Source: the human T2T-CHM13v2.0 reference genome, Homo sapiens
Assembly: GCF_009914755.1 (NCBI RefSeq)
Contig: NC_060940.1
Length of the DNA: 64,000 nucleotides
Direction: 5' to 3' (one strand)
In this document: positions 40,007 to 56,226 of the stretch, one piece after another
Position numbering within the stretch: the first letter of the stretch is position 1
Layout: each line of letters begins with the position of its first letter
The notes under the pieces: generated by a model
Database searches by the model: none
Seen by the model: the letters and a program-made list of their open reading frames with translations, nothing else
Told to the model about the DNA's origin: nothing
Translations under genes and position numbers: made by a program

Positions 40007-41871
40007 TCTACAGGGTTATATTAAAAGAGGAAAAGGGGTATAAGAATCTAGGTATCATGGATGATGTCCTGGTCCTTTGCTGAGTCCCATTTTTTTCTTC
40101 CTCACCTGATTTCCCCCATCTGGCAGAAACTTTTACAGAGTGTTTGCAGAAGAGAAGCCTGTAAACTCTGGAGTGTGTCCTGGGTGGTTTGTCCTTGGGC
40201 CACTTTATTCCCTCACCGATCCCTTCCAAAGGCCATGAGTTCCCAGTCAGTCATTTCCCTATATCAGTATTTATTGTTTTAATCAATTTTCCCCATCCCA
40301 AGAGAAAGGCACCAACATGAGTCCATGTGTTTTAACATAGCAGGGGTTTCCCTGTCAGAGCCCGGTGGACTTCTGTGGCCATAAGCAAGTCAAGGTGGGC
40401 TCCTAAGTGGCAGCTGCCCACTTCCAGAAAGCTAGAGGTTCTAATTATGTCTTCCTGAAAAACAGTTCAATTAGGTAAAGTGACATTTTTTAAGCCCTTG
40501 TGTGTGTCCGACTCATAAAAGTTCAGAAGGTTGTTACTGAGAGGAGACTGCAGTCATTTTAAGATTTCAGTAGCTGCTGGAGTTGAGTAGATAATTTTTC
40601 CCCTTTCTAATATTATATATTAGGTGTGCTCTTGTGTCTGGGTGAAACAGAGCAATCACAATGATTGTTTTTTCAGTATGGTAATAATTAGGCATAAAAT
40701 CAATATTTATGTGTAATGTGCCATTTGAAGATTCTCCCTGTGTATGATGCTGGGTTTTACAAAGGAAAATCTGGATTCAGGTGGCCAATGAAGTGTCACG
40801 ATATAAAAAGAGAATTTTGAAATAATGAGAATTCCACTCCTTTGGGAGTATTGGCATATGTTAAAATACAAATATATCTGTATTTTTCTCACTTTTATTA
40901 GAAGAGTGCAAGTTTGTTCAAAACAACTGCTGGATTATCTAGTCCCTGAACAGCCATTTATATTTTTGTTACGCTTGTGGTTTTTAAATCATCCTCATTT
41001 CCTTGATCGCATTTGCTTCTCCTGGCTAGAATGTGTAGGAGACGGGTCGGGGAGACTGTGCCCATTTGACAGGTGTGAATGCGAACAGAGGCTGCAGCTG
41101 GTTAGACCAGGGCTGTGCAACCCTAGAGCCATTGCCTTGACCACAAAGCCACAGTCTCCTAGTCCTAATATTAAGAGGTAGGAGGTAGATAGAGATTGTC
41201 CCTTAAGCCACATTCCATTCTTCATATTTTTGTACCCATTAGAGTAGTGCTGATCATTTGCCTTCATTGCTGGGGTCCCCTAAATGCAACTTCTCATGCT
41301 GCCAATTTAGTCCTGGCCCTAGGAAGACGTAGGTGATAGGATAGAATTCAACAACTAGAAGCCATGGTTTCCTGGTTGGATAGACTTCCTCTGCCACCAG
41401 AATAAAGGAATAGAGGGTTCCTCACTGTGCCCCATAGCTGCAAAGTCACAGGAAGCTTGCAGCAGGCCAGTGGTAACCTCTGAGTGACTTCTGAGTTCCC
41501 AGAGCTAGGACCATGACTTTTCCCCTGGATTCTTAAGTACCCGGCTAAAATTGTGTTTGCCGAATGAAAGTGTGATCCTGGAGGCCATGTTGTTTGTGGT
41601 TCATGGAAGGGTGCTTGTTCAGCTTGGTCAAAGCAAGATGGTCATACTGGGTTTTGGTGCCCAGACGTTCCCAACACTCGCAGCAGAGGGCATTAGGATC
41701 ATGTTTAGCCAACAATTTTGGAGGCACCCAACAGTGATTGGATGTCATGTGCTTTCAGAAGGCACACTACACATCTTCGGTTCCTCCAAGCTCTAGGAAA
41801 GGGTTGTGGAATTGGGTTGGGTGACAACAGGTCGGTAAGAAGAGGGCTGGGCTGAGTGTAAAGAAATTCCT

Positions 41872-42240
<369 letters not shown>

Positions 42241-43371
42241 TCAGAGAATTGTGCATTTATTATTGCTAGGATGCATATACACATTGAACTCAGTCAACTT
42301 ACTCTCTCTAAATTATCTCACCGGTGGAGACATTGCCTCAGGAGTCGAGCCCTGTGGTGTGCCTCCTGCTGTCACCACATTTGACCACCTAACTGACCCC
42401 ACTGTGGTCACCTTTGCCACCTGCCCTGCTTTGGTCCCTTCTCTGCATTCGCCCCATGCCATGTAGCACTGCTGAGTTTGAAAATAATTGCATCTCCTGA
42501 AAACTCCATTTCTTAGAGAGTGAGCTCCAGCACCATCAGCCTGAAGTTGAAGAAATGGGACTCAGGAAGGCTGGAGTCTTCAGGCGTTCTTACAATGCTG
42601 ATGCGACTCAGACGGCTGCCTGCACTGTCCTCTGTGCTTCTAAGTGAAATTACCCGTCGGGGGGCTCCTGAGAGTTAAATCAAGCAGCCTCTCTTGAAGC
42701 ACAGTAAATGCTGACGTGATTTGTGAAGATGGCTCTGCTAATAGGGTTGGCAGCGTCCTTTGGCTTGGACCTTTGGACCCCGGCTGGCTGCGGAAGGGAG
42801 GGAAGGCAGCCTTGGAAAACTGATTTCCGTTGCCCTCTGACCATGAGAAGATCCCTGTTTAGGAGCTAGAATTCAGAGTTCCACGTGTAGAGGGGGATTC
42901 CACAGTGTGTGGTGTGCAGAGAGCACTCGTCTTTCAGGCATGGGGCGCCGTTTCATTTCTCCTAGTGCTGGAAGGGGACTTGGTGAAATTGATTTGGCAA
43001 AAAGGTTAATGTGTTGTTATGGCTGCCAGTTGGCCGATTGAAGCGCTAGTAATTGGGGCAAGGGAAGCATTCAATTTGACACACCAAATGCAGGTCCACC
43101 CTGGTGGATATCTTGGTTGCAGCACTCTGTGTGTGTACGTGTGTGCATGAGCGTGTCTTAGAGATGCTTTTGCTCCTCTTATAACTCCTATGATAAAAAG
43201 AGTTGCCATTATCATCCTTTGTCTACTCACCAGCCCCCACCAGAAACCCTCACAGAAAAAATAAGAGTTTATTTTTTCACTATGTCACATTGTTGGAGAA
43301 CTGTGCAAATACAAGCCCTTCTCTTACAGGCCATGGGTCTCCTAAGTGGGATACACCACGATGATCCACTG

Positions 43372-43582
43372 GGGCAGTGGCCAGCAAAGTCCCTGTCCAG
43401 CCAGCCACTCGTTTTTATCAATAAATTTTTACTGAAACACAGTCATGCCTGTTAGGTTAGGAACTGCCTAGCGCCACTTCACACTGCAGTAGGAGAGTGA
43501 GTAGTTGTGACAGAGACCATTTATCCCACAAAGCCTAGAATCTTTATTATAATCCTGTAACAGAAAGCATTTACTGACTCCT
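43372..43582. mobile_element. MER58A-like
   Basis: tttactgaaacacag...gagtagttgtgacagagacc...cccacaaagcct. Confidence 0.75.
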
Positions 43583-44396
<814 letters not shown>

Positions 44397-44869
44397 TGAC
44401 CTCAGCACTAGGATATGGATAGAAAACATAGTAGCCCCTATTTACCTTTATCTTTTATCTCAACCCATTTAAATGTCTTTTCCTTGCAATGTTTTGTAAT
44501 ATTACATGTAGATTGTACATCGTTTGTCGATAAATCAGTGTACAAATACTAGGGGTGAGTGTGCTCAAAACTTATTTTTACTGATAATAGTCCATGATCA
44601 AGGCAGTTTGGAGACCACTCAGGACAGGGAAAACGCAGACTCATGTGACCCATCAGGGCTTCAGGGTGTCCTCTGGTGAAGGGCAGCAGCAGGACAGAGC
44701 CCCACTTCTAGCTCTGGCTCAGGTTAAGTGTTTCAGCGCCCTGGCTTCTGTGTCTTCATGTGCAAATGGAGATAATAGTCAGCACCTATGCAGGTTACTG
44801 TGAAAACAGGTTGGAAGTATTTATCTACAGCGTGGACCAGAGCCTCTGGTATGTACTAGGTGCCCTAGA

Positions 44870-45420
44870 AATGTTCTTTCCTCTGACTCAAATGACAAAT
44901 CAGTTTCTAGGGAAAGGAACGCACAGCGATCCCCAGCGCATCACGAGAAATCTCTCTCCAGCTTTGCCCTGGCTGCGCTGGTGACTCACTCGGGGCTAAA
45001 ACTGTTTATGTCTGCGGAGTCAGAGCGTTCTGCCCTGCGGTTTCAGTTCACATGGGGTTGGGCGACACAGTTTTGTTTTCACTTTGGTTTATCGTGTGAG
45101 TTTCCATCCATCAACTCTTTTGTATCTGATGTTCTTGGGAAACTTTGCGGGAATTCACTTGAAATTGTCCAGTGAACAGCCATTGCGAGTCTCATGGTCA
45201 GAGCCGGGGGCTTCCCAGTGTAGGGTCTGGTCAAGGAAAGGGCCACTTCCTGGGCCTCCCAAAAAGAGGAAGGAGAAGGCCCTGGCTTGTGGAAGAGTAA
45301 GAGGGGCCTCGTTAATGTCTCCCAAGCACAGTACCCCAACTCCCCACATACAGTCCCAACCCTTACTGCAGCCGGGAGGTTAGGTGTCTGCCGTGCTCAT
45401 GAACAGGAAGTGAACCCGAT
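44870..45420. promoter_or_regulatory. Candidate signal-inducible enhancer
   Basis: Two AP-1, two ETS, one RUNX and NF-kB motifs in unique, locally CpG-richer sequence; motif evidence only. Confidence 0.45.
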
Positions 45421-45823
45421 CAGCCCCCGAAGGAAACATCCGTCTCTCTCCTTGGAGGAGACACTTGAGTGTCTTTCTCTGTGTGCTGCAGCCGTTATTG
45501 ATATCAGTTCCCAGGCAAGGTTCATGCTGGCAGAGGAGGCCACTCTTTCTGCACTGGAGAGCAAAAGCCATCTTATCTCTCTGAGTGCAAGGTGACAGTG
45601 AGGAGATTGGCCCTGTGTATCCCTCAGAGACCAGTATTCCCTCATTTGCCAATCTAGAAAGAAGACTGTGTTTGCTGTCATTTGTTTCTTAACTCATTGA
45701 TTCTCAAACAGAATCTTCCCAGGGATCTGCTTCATGCTGTATTTTGTACTGTGTCCTGAGATGATGAGGATTCGGTGTCTACCCTCAAGAAGCATCATTT
45801 AGAGAAGAAATTAGAAAAGTAAG

Positions 45824-46410
45824 TGAGGCAGGAGAACAGGATCTGGAGGCAGGGAATCTAAGGCTGATTCACGTTGACTTTGTATAATTAAATCAAAAGG
45901 AAAACACCAACTTTCCACAACTAAGTTATAAAAGGACCAGAGGCTACTCCCTCTGCAACCCCTCCCCACTTTTCTGAGTTGCAGATGGAAAATTGAAAGT
46001 ACCCCTGATTGGTTGCTTTCCACGACCATTCAGCCGTTTGCATAGGAGCTGTAACTTTGTAACTTCGCTTCACCCTCTGATTGGTTGCTTTTCACAACCT
46101 ATCAGACATTTGCATAGGAGTGTAACTTCTTTCCACAACCAATCTGACTGATTGTGGGCCATTACTTCATTTCCATGAGGTGTACACCAAGTGGCCAATG
46201 GGAGACCTCTATAGGGTATTTAAACCCCAGAAAATTCTTTAACCAGGCTCTTGAGCCTCTATGCTTGGGCTGCTCCCACCGTTTGGAGTGTACTTTCCTT
46301 TTCAGTAAATCTCTACTTTTGTTGTTTCATTCTTTCCTTGCTTTGTTTATGCGTTTTGTCCAATTCTTTATTCAAAACGCCAAGAACCTGGACGCCCTCC
46401 TCCAGTAACA
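45824..46410 (+). mobile_element. MER51 (MER51A-like) ERV1 solo LTR
   Basis: Starts tgaggcaggagaa, ends gtaaca; internal ctgattgg/tttgcat repeats; flanks taag/taat. Confidence 0.88.
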
Positions 46411-46728
46411 TAATGAATGTCTGGATGTGGTATGAAGAGTATTGGGGTACACCACAGCAGCGTGTGCTCTGAGAACACAGTAAACAGGCATTTGATACAG
46501 ATCAGAAGGTCCGTAAAGGTGGTATTTGAACTAAGTTTTGAGAGCTGGGTAAGAGTTTGTGAAAAGACAGGGCTTAAGGAAGGATATAGTAAGCTGAAGG
46601 CACAGGACTTTAGAAACACATAGGCTATAACTGCAAGGTGTGTCTCAGAAGGTACATGTGACGTTTCATTTTTATTTGTTTGCTTTTTTATAGTGACTGC
46701 ATGATCATTATATGCAGAAGACGCTTGA

Positions 46729-47142
<414 letters not shown>

Positions 47143-48522
47143 TAAAAAGTAAAACTGGTTGGTTGGCCTGAAGACCCACATGGTGACTTCACTAAAGTCA
47201 TTGGGTAAGCAAAGAAGAGCAACACTCTAGTTTTCCTCCAAGCTTCAACGTTTTCTGTTTCCTCCTATGTCAGGTCTTAATTTCCCTACCTGATTCAGGC
47301 TGCGCTAAGCTGACTTCATCATGACTCCTGGCTTCCCCAGTCCCTGCTTCCCAGCACATACCATTTATTCAGTGTTGGCCAGTGACGCCTGCCACTGCAT
47401 TTTATTGATGAAGAAATGGAGATCTCAAGAGGTAAAAAAAACTGACTATAGGAGCCAAGACTAGTTTAGAGTGGAGTTTGAATATGAACATGCCTCTGTC
47501 TGTGAAAGCCAGTGTCCCTTCAGCCAGGATCTTTCCTGGAAGAACTCAGTATTAAGGCACTTGATTAGTTCTTCCTGTTGGTGGACTGATTGATTACATT
47601 TGAATCTTTCAGCAAGCTTTTGGCTGAGCTGGGCATCTTCCCCGCCTTCCTCCACCTCTGCCTTCAAAAGCCTGAATTTCCAAGGCTTTCTGCCATGAGT
47701 ACTTAGCTTTGAAAAACATGAGCATATTTTTCATTCTTCTTGCCGGCCTCTCCCTGTGTCATGCCTGTTATTCTTTTCTCCCTCAACATTGACCTAGGTC
47801 AGAAGGACCCTATTTTAATGTTTAGCGTTTGGGGGTCACTCCATAGAGAGGGGTTTGTGGAAATCCTTTTTTTTTTTTTTTTTTTTTTTGCTTCTTTCTG
47901 TGGATCTGTTTGGAAATGTAACATTTTAAAGCCCTTCTTGGCTGGAGGATTTTTTATGGTAAACATAAAACGTTCATTGAAACATTAAACATTTTACAGC
48001 TGTTTTTCAGCACATAAATTTTCATAGACATCCACCCCCTCACTGCCACACCCCCTCATAGATTTCTTCTTTTCCTCCTCCTTCTCCTCCTCCCTCTTCC
48101 TCCTCTTTTTCCCCCCCCTTCAAATAGTTCCAAGACCAGAGTTGAGGGTGGGTGGGTAGAGGGCTAGTTTACAGATAAAATGGTTGGTGTAGATCATCTA
48201 GTTTGGAAAAAGCACATTGTATTTTAATACTAGGAACGTGTGCATGCCAGAAACCTGCCAAGGAAAACACTCCCGCTGCTCCTTCCAGCCCTGACTCCAG
48301 CTGCTATGAACTGGAACCCTGCACCACGTCTCAGAAGGCTACTGGGAAGGGCCATAATCTGTATCCATCCACAAGGAGAGGTGGAGGGGGGCTACTCTAA
48401 GAAGCCAAAATGCTCAGGAAAGCCAGAGCTAAGATGGTGCAAACCAGCATGTGATTTGTCCAAGGACATCGTTTTGATATGATGAACCATGGGTGGTTTG
48501 GGCATTTGTCAAAGCAGGGTCA

Positions 48523-49262
<740 letters not shown>

Positions 49263-49274
49263 CCACTCCCCATC

Positions 49275-50090
<816 letters not shown>

Positions 50091-50899
50091 CCAGCCTACA
50101 GAGGAGATGCTGCAGCTTGGCAGAGCATGGATTGCTCAACATACCAGAGTTTAGTCCTACCTCTGTCTCCAAGCTGCTCCATGATCAAGGATAAACTATA
50201 ATCTTTCTCTCTGCCTCAGTTTTTCCACCTGTCAGTGGAGGGGCATGCTCTTGGATGCCTGAGTTTTTCTTAGACTCAGCATCCTGCAGCCGAAATAACC
50301 ATGCTTCTTAGTGGTCCTCTTGCGTAGCAGCCTAAGAAACTCCAAGTCCATCTGCGCCGAAGAGTATTGAACTTGGCCAGAGCACTTGGGATCTGCAGAA
50401 GTGTCCCCTGTCTGTTAGTTTTTTCACAGACTCTGCTCTTTCTCTCCCAGACCGGACCCTCCACTCCTCTATCTCGCATTTATCCATTGCACCCCGTGTC
50501 ATTGCCGAATTCCTGAGCTACAAAGGTGAACAGGCACCAAAGCTAGGGCAGTGTCCACTCAATACATATCTGATGAATGAATGAATGAACCTTGTCTACC
50601 ACAGATAGCTCACCACAAATAAACATTTTAATCTACTATAAAATAGCTCAAAAGACTCTATGCAAATAATTACTGTTACCCAGTGGTGGAAGTGCTTCAC
50701 TTTTTATGGAAAGTCTTTCACTCATTTCTATCTGCAGTATTTACTGGGCATTTTTCCACGCCAAGCCCTGGGGATACAGAGTTAAATAAAATAGAAGCTT
50801 AATCCAGGCATGCTGGCTGTAAAGTTCACCTTTCGGCTCCTTTCTGCCATTCTTATTAGGGTCTTGCCCCATCTTGGCAGCAAGCCTGCTTTACCATTG

Positions 50900-51420
50900 G
50901 AGACCTCAGCTCTGATTACAATACGTCCGTGATCAACATGCCCTAACTGGTTAGCAGATGGCAGCTGCATGAAGTCACTGGGCCCAGATAGGAATCAACA
51001 AGGGAGATTAGGTAAAGTGCTTATTTGAGGTGCTGTCAGGGCCCGTGGCAAAGGGTTCCCTCATTCCCTCTGCAGTTATTTTTCATGCACACTCGGATTA
51101 CACTGCTCGGTGATATTACATCTGCATGCGTCTTGCCCTCTGACACGGCAAACACAGATGCTGCCCAAATCCTTGTAAAGCCATATATCTTAAGTAGGAA
51201 GGAGCATCTTTGCAGGGGAGGTGAATTGATTTGCAAAGCAGCCTGACACATGGTCTCTTATTTCTCCTTGCAATCAAATAATTCATCTTTATGCCCGTAG
51301 GGCCGTGGTGAAATTTGAACCTGACCAAATCAACGACTGCAAGGTTTATTTGTAGCAGTGGGATCAGAGAAATTAGCCAAGTGTATTCTAAAATTATCAA
51401 TTGCTGATCACATGGTCTGG
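50900..51420. promoter_or_regulatory. Candidate developmental enhancer
   Basis: Repeat-free; E-box, MEIS, GGATTA and ATCAA motifs; motif evidence only. Confidence 0.35.
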
Positions 51421-52786
51421 ATGTGTTTTAGTGCTTAGGGGTTGGTGGACCGAGGCTATGGTGGCATAGTCCTCCATGACCAAGGGCTGTCTGCATGGGT
51501 ACGCAGATAAAACATGCACTGCCATGGGGTGACCTGTGTGCCATGCATCACACACAGACTACTGTTTAACCACCTACATCATAGGTAGATCCTGCATTTT
51601 ACAAATGAGGAAACAGAGCTCGAGAGAAGTTCAATCCTCTTCCCTACAGAGAGGAAAGGGGAAAAAAATGGACTTTCAAGACAGCTGAAATTCAAAACAA
51701 AACAATGTTTTAAAATTGAATACAGCCTTTTGCATTAAAATTACCATTTTAATAATAGTTTAAAAGAGAGAAAGAGAGAGACCCAAAATAGTCAAACTGA
51801 GGTTTTGGGTTCTGGTGATAGAATATTAAATCATAATGAAGCATTTAATGTTTTGTTGTTGTTACAATTGTTGTTTTACCCTAGGGCTATGCAAAGTAGT
51901 TTAAGGATGTATTTATTTCAGTGGGGAAAAAAAGTGGAGGATATACATTTGGAGGATAAGGAAGCATGAATTAGGGTGGAGGAAGTGTTTTCTGGTCTAG
52001 CTAAGGAGGAAAAATTATAGACCTCAAAATAGGTGTCATTTAATATATATCTGTGAAAATGGGCCAAATAGATTGCCTCCGTTAAAGCCGTATTGGATGT
52101 TCAAATCTCGAGTTACCTGAAATGCAACTGTACTTCCTATATTTAACCAGGCTTTTTATAAACTGTTCCTCTTAACACCTCAAGCTGACAACCACATCCT
52201 GGGTGGTTATTTAATACCAAGTTTGACTTTCTTCACTTTGAGGGTCCTCAAAATAGAAGGTCAGAGAGTAGACTTTTAAAAGTCTTGCACTGTTTACAAG
52301 TCAGATGCTTTTTGGCAGAGTGACTCTCAGCTCCCCCCAACAATCCCTTCTTGTCGTTCAGTAGTAGATAGACTCTATCAGGGAAAAATAGGAGAAATAA
52401 AATAAGACAGCATATGGAAGGCATTGCTGAAAGTCTTTTTCACACCTTAAAAACAAGGAAGAAGAGAAATGAAAATAAAATAGTGAGCAACACCTCGGTG
52501 AAAGTAGAGGTGTTTGTACAGTTCAGCTGCTGCCTTATTCAAAAACAGGAAGAAAAACCCACTGCCCAGGTCAGCTGGTGGGTGATCTCCACTGAACTCC
52601 TATTCAGAGGCTCAGTTTCTCTGCAGGACAGAAATGAGAGGCACAAAATTTCATAGCTGTCTTGCCCCTCCTGTGGTCTGTAAGAATGGGACCAGGACTC
52701 CTAGTTGTGAACCCGAAAGGATTTCCATTAGGATCAGGAAGTGTGAGTTGGCTTAGAAAAAGTAAAGAAAGAACAGTGCTGTTTCA

Positions 52787-53451
52787 TTTATTTATCATGT
52801 GTAAGTAAACTGGGATTTATTTTATTTTATTTTTTATTTTTTGTTTCAGTTTCGGGGGGTACATGTGTAGGTCTGTTACATGGATATCTTGCAAGATACT
52901 GAGATTTGGGCTTCAATTGAACCCATCACCCAAATTAGTAAACATAGTACTCAATAGGTAGTTTTTCAATCCTTTTCTCCTTCCCTCCCTAGTCCCCCCT
53001 TTTGAAGTCCCCAGAGTCTATTGTTCCTGTCTTCATGCCCATGTGTACGCAGTGTTGAGCTTCGACTTGTAAGTAAGAACATGCGGTATTTGGTTTTCTG
53101 TTTCTGCATTTATTCGCTCAGGATAATGGCTTCAAGCTGTATCCACGTTGCTGCAAAGAACATGATTTTCTTCTTTTTTATGGCTGTGTAGTATTTCGTG
53201 GTGTATACGTACCACATTTTCTTTAACTAATCCACCATTGATGGGCACTTAGGATGATTCCATGTCTTTGCTGTTGTGGGTAGTGCTGCCAAGAACGTGA
53301 GTGCAGGTGTCTTTTTAGTAGAGTGATTTATTTTCCTTTGAATGTATACCCACTAATAAGATTGCTAGGTCAAATGGTAATTCTATTTTTAGACCTTTGA
53401 GAAATCTCCAATTTATTTTTCATAGGGACAAGGTTGCAGAGAAAAGAGAAG
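52787..53451 (-). mobile_element. L1PA15/16-like 3' fragment with short inverted 5' piece
   Basis: Antisense 3' UTR and ORF2 end; TSD agtgctgtttc(a) at 52775-52786 and 53452-53463. Confidence 0.88.
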
Positions 53452-53749
53452 AGTGCTGTTTCAAACAGTTGAAACCATTCCTACTTCCAAAAAGAATTTG
53501 ACTCAAAAGGGAATAGTACACTACATATAAAAGACAGATGTATTTAATTTGTGTTTCGAACTACATATCAGAAATTAGTTAGAAGAAGATATGAGATAAA
53601 TATACCTGGAAACTTTATGAATTATTTCTGACATCTAGCATTAAATTTAGCTGGGTTTCCTGGGAGTCAAAAGCAAAGAGTTTTCAACCAAAAAAAAGAA
53701 ACAGAGGTGTATAGTAACACACCTCTGTCCTGCAACATAACTGTAAGAA

Positions 53750-53801
53750 TTTATCAGATTATATATATATATATTTATCAGATTATATATATATTTATCA
53801 G

Positions 53802-53837
<36 letters not shown>
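53750..53837. repeat. Compound (tttatcagatt + (AT)n) x3
   Basis: Three 11-mers separated by AT runs. Confidence 0.93.
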
Positions 53838-53839
<2 letters not shown>

Positions 53840-54081
53840 TATGTTTGTATATAAATATACATGTAAAGACCCAAAACTCATATAAAAAGACAAGGTGATA
53901 CAGCATTTTAAAACAGTTTACTAAAAATAACAAAACATTCTTCCATCAGTCATGCATGCCTTATATTTATGTAGATACAAAAATAGAGTTTGATATTAAA
54001 CAATACTCCAAGAAAGCCATTTCTGCAGAGTTAAAAAATACGTAGGTTCAGTTCCTTACCAACACGTAGACATGTTGTGAT

Positions 54082-54210
54082 GAAAGAAGGAAAGGAAGGA
54101 AGGAAGGAGGAAGGGAAGAAGGAGGGAGGGAGGGAAAGAGAGAGAGAGAAAAGGAAGAGAAAGGATTTTCTAGAAAAAGAAAGGAAGGAGGGAGGGAAGG
54201 TAAGAAAGAA
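54082..54210. repeat. Purine-rich GGAA/GA low-complexity tract
   Basis: gaaggaaaggaaggaagg...gggagggaagg. Confidence 0.9.
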
Positions 54211-54639
54211 ATTAATTCCCATTTTAGAGTAAGACTGGAGGCAGAGTGGTCACCCAGATGAAAATGAATAACCCAACTGTGTCTTTCTTCTGGTGCCTCC
54301 ACGTGGAAGTGGGCTGCCACAATACTTCTAAAGAGAATTGGCATTTTTCTTTAAATAAGGAGGAGGATGAGGAGAGAGACGACACAAAATTCACTCACAG
54401 AAGTGAACATAAATTCTAACATTGGTAAAACTTTGTCTTTGTTTTAAATAATCAGTCAGTTGTCTCAATCCATAAAAGAGTATCTCTTGTACAATGTCTG
54501 CTTTTGAGTGATTCACTTCGATGCGTACTGAAAATATACCTTTAAGTAGTTGAGTGACTTGAAATATTGGTAAATGTTCTTTAATATTTTGTCTGTCAGT
54601 GTTAGAGACTATCAGGTTAAAACAAAGATATTCTTTCTT

Positions 54640-54918
54640 TCCTTTTTGTTTTTGACGGAGTCTCACACTCTGTTGCCCAGGCTAGAGTACAGTGATGCGA
54701 TCTCAGCTTACTGCAACCTCTGCCTCCTGGGTTCAAGCGATTCTTCTGCCTCAGCCTTCTGAGTAGCTGGGATTACAGGCACACACCACCACACCTGGCT
54801 AATTTTTGTATTTTTAGTAGACACGGGATTTCGCCCTGTTGGCCAGGCTAGTTTCTAACTCCTGACCTCAGGCTTCCCAAAGTGCTGAGATTACAGGTGT
54901 GAGCCACCATGCCTGGCC
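54640..54918 (-). mobile_element. AluS with small left-arm deletion
   Basis: TSD atattctttct. Confidence 0.92.
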
Positions 54919-55360
54919 AAGAATATTCTTTCTAATATGATTTAGCTAACAGGTTCAGCAGATTTTTAAACTCACTTTCAAATCATGATAAAATTCTTTA
55001 AGATAAACATTTGTCTTCTGTTTTCCCCTGAGAGTGGTTTAGCATTTATGGAGCCCTGCTTTGTGCTAATGAGTTTATATGCCCTGTCTTCTTTAATCTT
55101 CACCACAACTTTATGTAATAAGTAGTCTCCAATAAATTTAATCACATAATTACTTAAATGGCCTGGCGAGCCGCCTTACCTAGCTGGCCAGGAATTCCAG
55201 GAGTCAGGCTTCCTGATCTAAATCTGTCCTGGTCCCATCTTGGCTGGGTGCCACCAGCAGCAACGGCACACTCCAGCTTAAATATCAGTGGGGATAATTC
55301 TAGGCCGTTTGTCTGCCTGGTTCTTCCAGGATAGAGGCAGTGATTTCAGTAATCTCTTAG

Positions 55361-55691
<331 letters not shown>

Positions 55692-55865
55692 AACCTCTTA
55701 GGCAACTCTCATTTCATTATCCAGGTACAAAGACAATGAGTAAGAAGAGTATTGGGGTTGGGAGGACCAGTCACCCCTGTGTCTTAAGATACTTCTCAGT
55801 TTTCTTTGTTGCAGCAAATATTACTGCAGAGTTTTAGTGCATTATAGCCTTCTTAAATAAAACTT

Positions 55866-56149
55866 GCCCAGGTGCAGTGGCTCATGCCTGTAATCCCATC
55901 ACATTGGGAGGCCAAGGCAGGTAGTTTGCTTGAGCCCAGGAGTTTGCGACCAGCCTGGCTAACATCATGAAATCCCATCTCTACAAAACATAAACAGAAA
56001 TTAGCTGGGCATTGTGGTATGTACCTGTAGTCCCAGCTACTCAGGAGGCTGAGGTGGGAGGATTGCTTGAGCCTGGGAAGTCAAGGCTGCAGTGAGCAAA
56101 GATCACACCACTGCAGTCAAGCCTGGGTGACAGGGCAAGACCCTATATC

Positions 56150-56217
<68 letters not shown>

Positions 56218-56226
56218 GTATATATA
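55866..56226 (+). mobile_element. AluJ with A-to-(AT)n tail
   Basis: (AT)n at about 56166-56211. Confidence 0.92.

Noticed and set aside
44900-45450. CpG island promoter
   Set aside because: CpG density is only mildly raised; treated as an enhancer candidate instead
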